DNA of 64,000 nt, taken from the sequence record MH359124; one strand, 5' to 3'. The notes under the pieces were generated by a model, which did no database searches, was not told the origin of the DNA, and worked only from the letters and a program-made list of their open reading frames with translations. Shown piece by piece: positions 62,949-64,000 of this stretch (positions are counted from its first letter, which is position 1; every line of letters starts with the position of its first letter). The position numbers were made by a program, and so were the translations under genes. This stretch comes from Escherichia phage SF.

Positions 62949-63530
62949 ATGGCGAGTTTAATTTTTACTTATGCAGCAATGAATGCTGGAAAATCTGCTT
63001 CTCTTTTGACTGCTGCACATAATTATAAAGAACGTGGCATGGGTGTATTAGTTCTTAAACCGGCTATTGATACTCGCGATTCAAAAGGTGAAATAGTCTC
63101 TCGTATTGGTATTCGTCAAGACGCCAATATAATTACAAAAGACATGGATATCTTTGAATTCTATAAATGGGCTGCAGCACAAAAGGATATTCATTGTGTA
63201 TTTGTTGACGAAGCTCAGTTCTTAACCACTGAAAAGGTGTATCAACTTAGTCGTATTGTTGACGTATACAATGTGCCGGTAATGGCATATGGACTACGAA
63301 CAGATTTTAAAGGTAATCTATTTGAAGGTTCTCAAGCATTAATGGCTATTGCCGATAAGCTTGTTGAACTTAAAGGTGTCTGTCATTGTGGTAAAAAGGC
63401 CACAATGGTAGCTAGAGTCACGGAAGACGGACTTCCAATTACAGATGGCAGTCAAATTGAAATTGGTGATACCGATAGATATGTGTCATTATGCCGGAAG
63501 CATTGGAATGATTTGACAGGGTTGTTATAA
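62949..63530 (+). CDS. tk: thymidine kinase
   Basis: 193-aa ORF (T4 Tk is 193 aa) with P-loop YAAMNAGKSASLL and Zn ribbon CHCGKKAT...SLCRKHW. Confidence 0.95.
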   Translation: MASLIFTYAAMNAGKSASLLTAAHNYKERGMGVLVLKPAIDTRDSKGEIVSRIGIRQDANIITKDMDIFEFYKWAAAQKDIHCVFVDEAQFLTTEKVYQLSRIVDVYNVPVMAYGLRTDFKGNLFEGSQALMAIADKLVELKGVCHCGKKATMVARVTEDGLPITDGSQIEIGDTDRYVSLCRKHWNDLTGLL

Positions 63531-63557
63531 ATACTAATATCTAACCAAGAGGTATAT

Positions 63558-63770
63558 ATGCAGCAATTAAACGAAAGACAACTTCGTAATCTTACTGTAA
63601 CCCAATTGGATGAAATCCGAAGAGAATTAGGACATTCTATTTCTCATTTAAACGAGGATATCCGTCAAACTGGTTCTAAAGCTGATTATACACGCAAGCG
63701 CAAGCTGGAAAAATACCTCACAGATGTTAAGGCCGTCCAAAGGCGAAAAATAAATACTGGCCAAAATTAA
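63558..63770 (+). CDS. small basic protein (rI.-1 position)
   Basis: 70-aa ORF between tk and rI. Confidence 0.55.
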   Translation: MQQLNERQLRNLTVTQLDEIRRELGHSISHLNEDIRQTGSKADYTRKRKLEKYLTDVKAVQRRKINTGQN

Positions 63771-63782
63771 CAGGAGGCCTAT

Positions 63783-64000
63783 ATGGCCTTAAGAGCGATA
63801 GCCATTGCGGCGATGCTGGGGTTTTTTGCAGCAACAACTCCTATCGTTGGCACTGCATATGTCGACCCATACTTTGACAACTTTATGGAATCAGGGATTA
63901 AAAACGTATATACTTTGTTCGAAATTCAAAATGTTGAGAATTCCGAAAAATTTTATAAGTATATGGCAAAGCATTACAAAAATAGCCCCTGTGATGATGC
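63783..64000 (+). CDS. rI: rI lysis-inhibition regulator (partial, continues beyond window)
   Basis: MALRAIAIAAMLGFFAATTP...DPYFDNFMESGIKNVYTLFE matches the T4 RI N-terminus (signal-anchor plus periplasmic domain). Confidence 0.8.
   Translation, partial: MALRAIAIAAMLGFFAATTPIVGTAYVDPYFDNFMESGIKNVYTLFEIQNVENSEKFYKYMAKHYKNSPCDD

Overview
This window is a contiguous segment of a T4-like (Tevenvirinae) myophage genome, collinear with T4 from gene 29 to rI. All identifications are from reading the translated ORFs, motifs and synteny; no database search was run. Coordinates 1-41569 hold the late structural block: baseplate hub genes 29/28/27/51 and 26/25, the uvsY-uvsW-inh-hoc-rnlB accessory segment, then on the minus strand gp24, gp23 (major capsid), the prohead genes, portal gp20, tail tube/sheath gp19/gp18, terminase gp16/gp17, neck, fibritin, short tail fibre and the baseplate wedge/hub genes gp11 to gp53, with TATAAATA late promoters and hairpin terminators. 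Coordinates 41631-64000 are an early-gene region on the plus strand: gp4/2/3/1/57A/57B, six internal-protein genes carrying the MKTYQEFI capsid-targeting leader, two tRNAs (CAT and Arg-TCT), a probable stable-RNA locus, nudE, lysozyme e, denV, regB, tk and the start of rI, punctuated by about 11 T4-type early promoters, several embedded in stem-loops (PeSL-like). No homing endonuclease, CRISPR array or transposase was found. The most interesting part is the roughly 8 kb island between the tRNAs and nudE (47464-55700, where T4 has e.2-e.8 by recollection). It holds about 20 small ORFs including a 318-aa protein with a Pol-beta-type nucleotidyltransferase motif, paralogous membrane proteins, a tandem triplet of small paralogs and a repeated gene-junction motif. 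Other notable points are a pair of ~100-bp direct repeats flanking an internal-protein gene, an early-promoter gene inserted antisense between gp24 and gp23, and several candidate anti-defence genes (57B/Acb1-position, vs.4-position, a macro-like protein).
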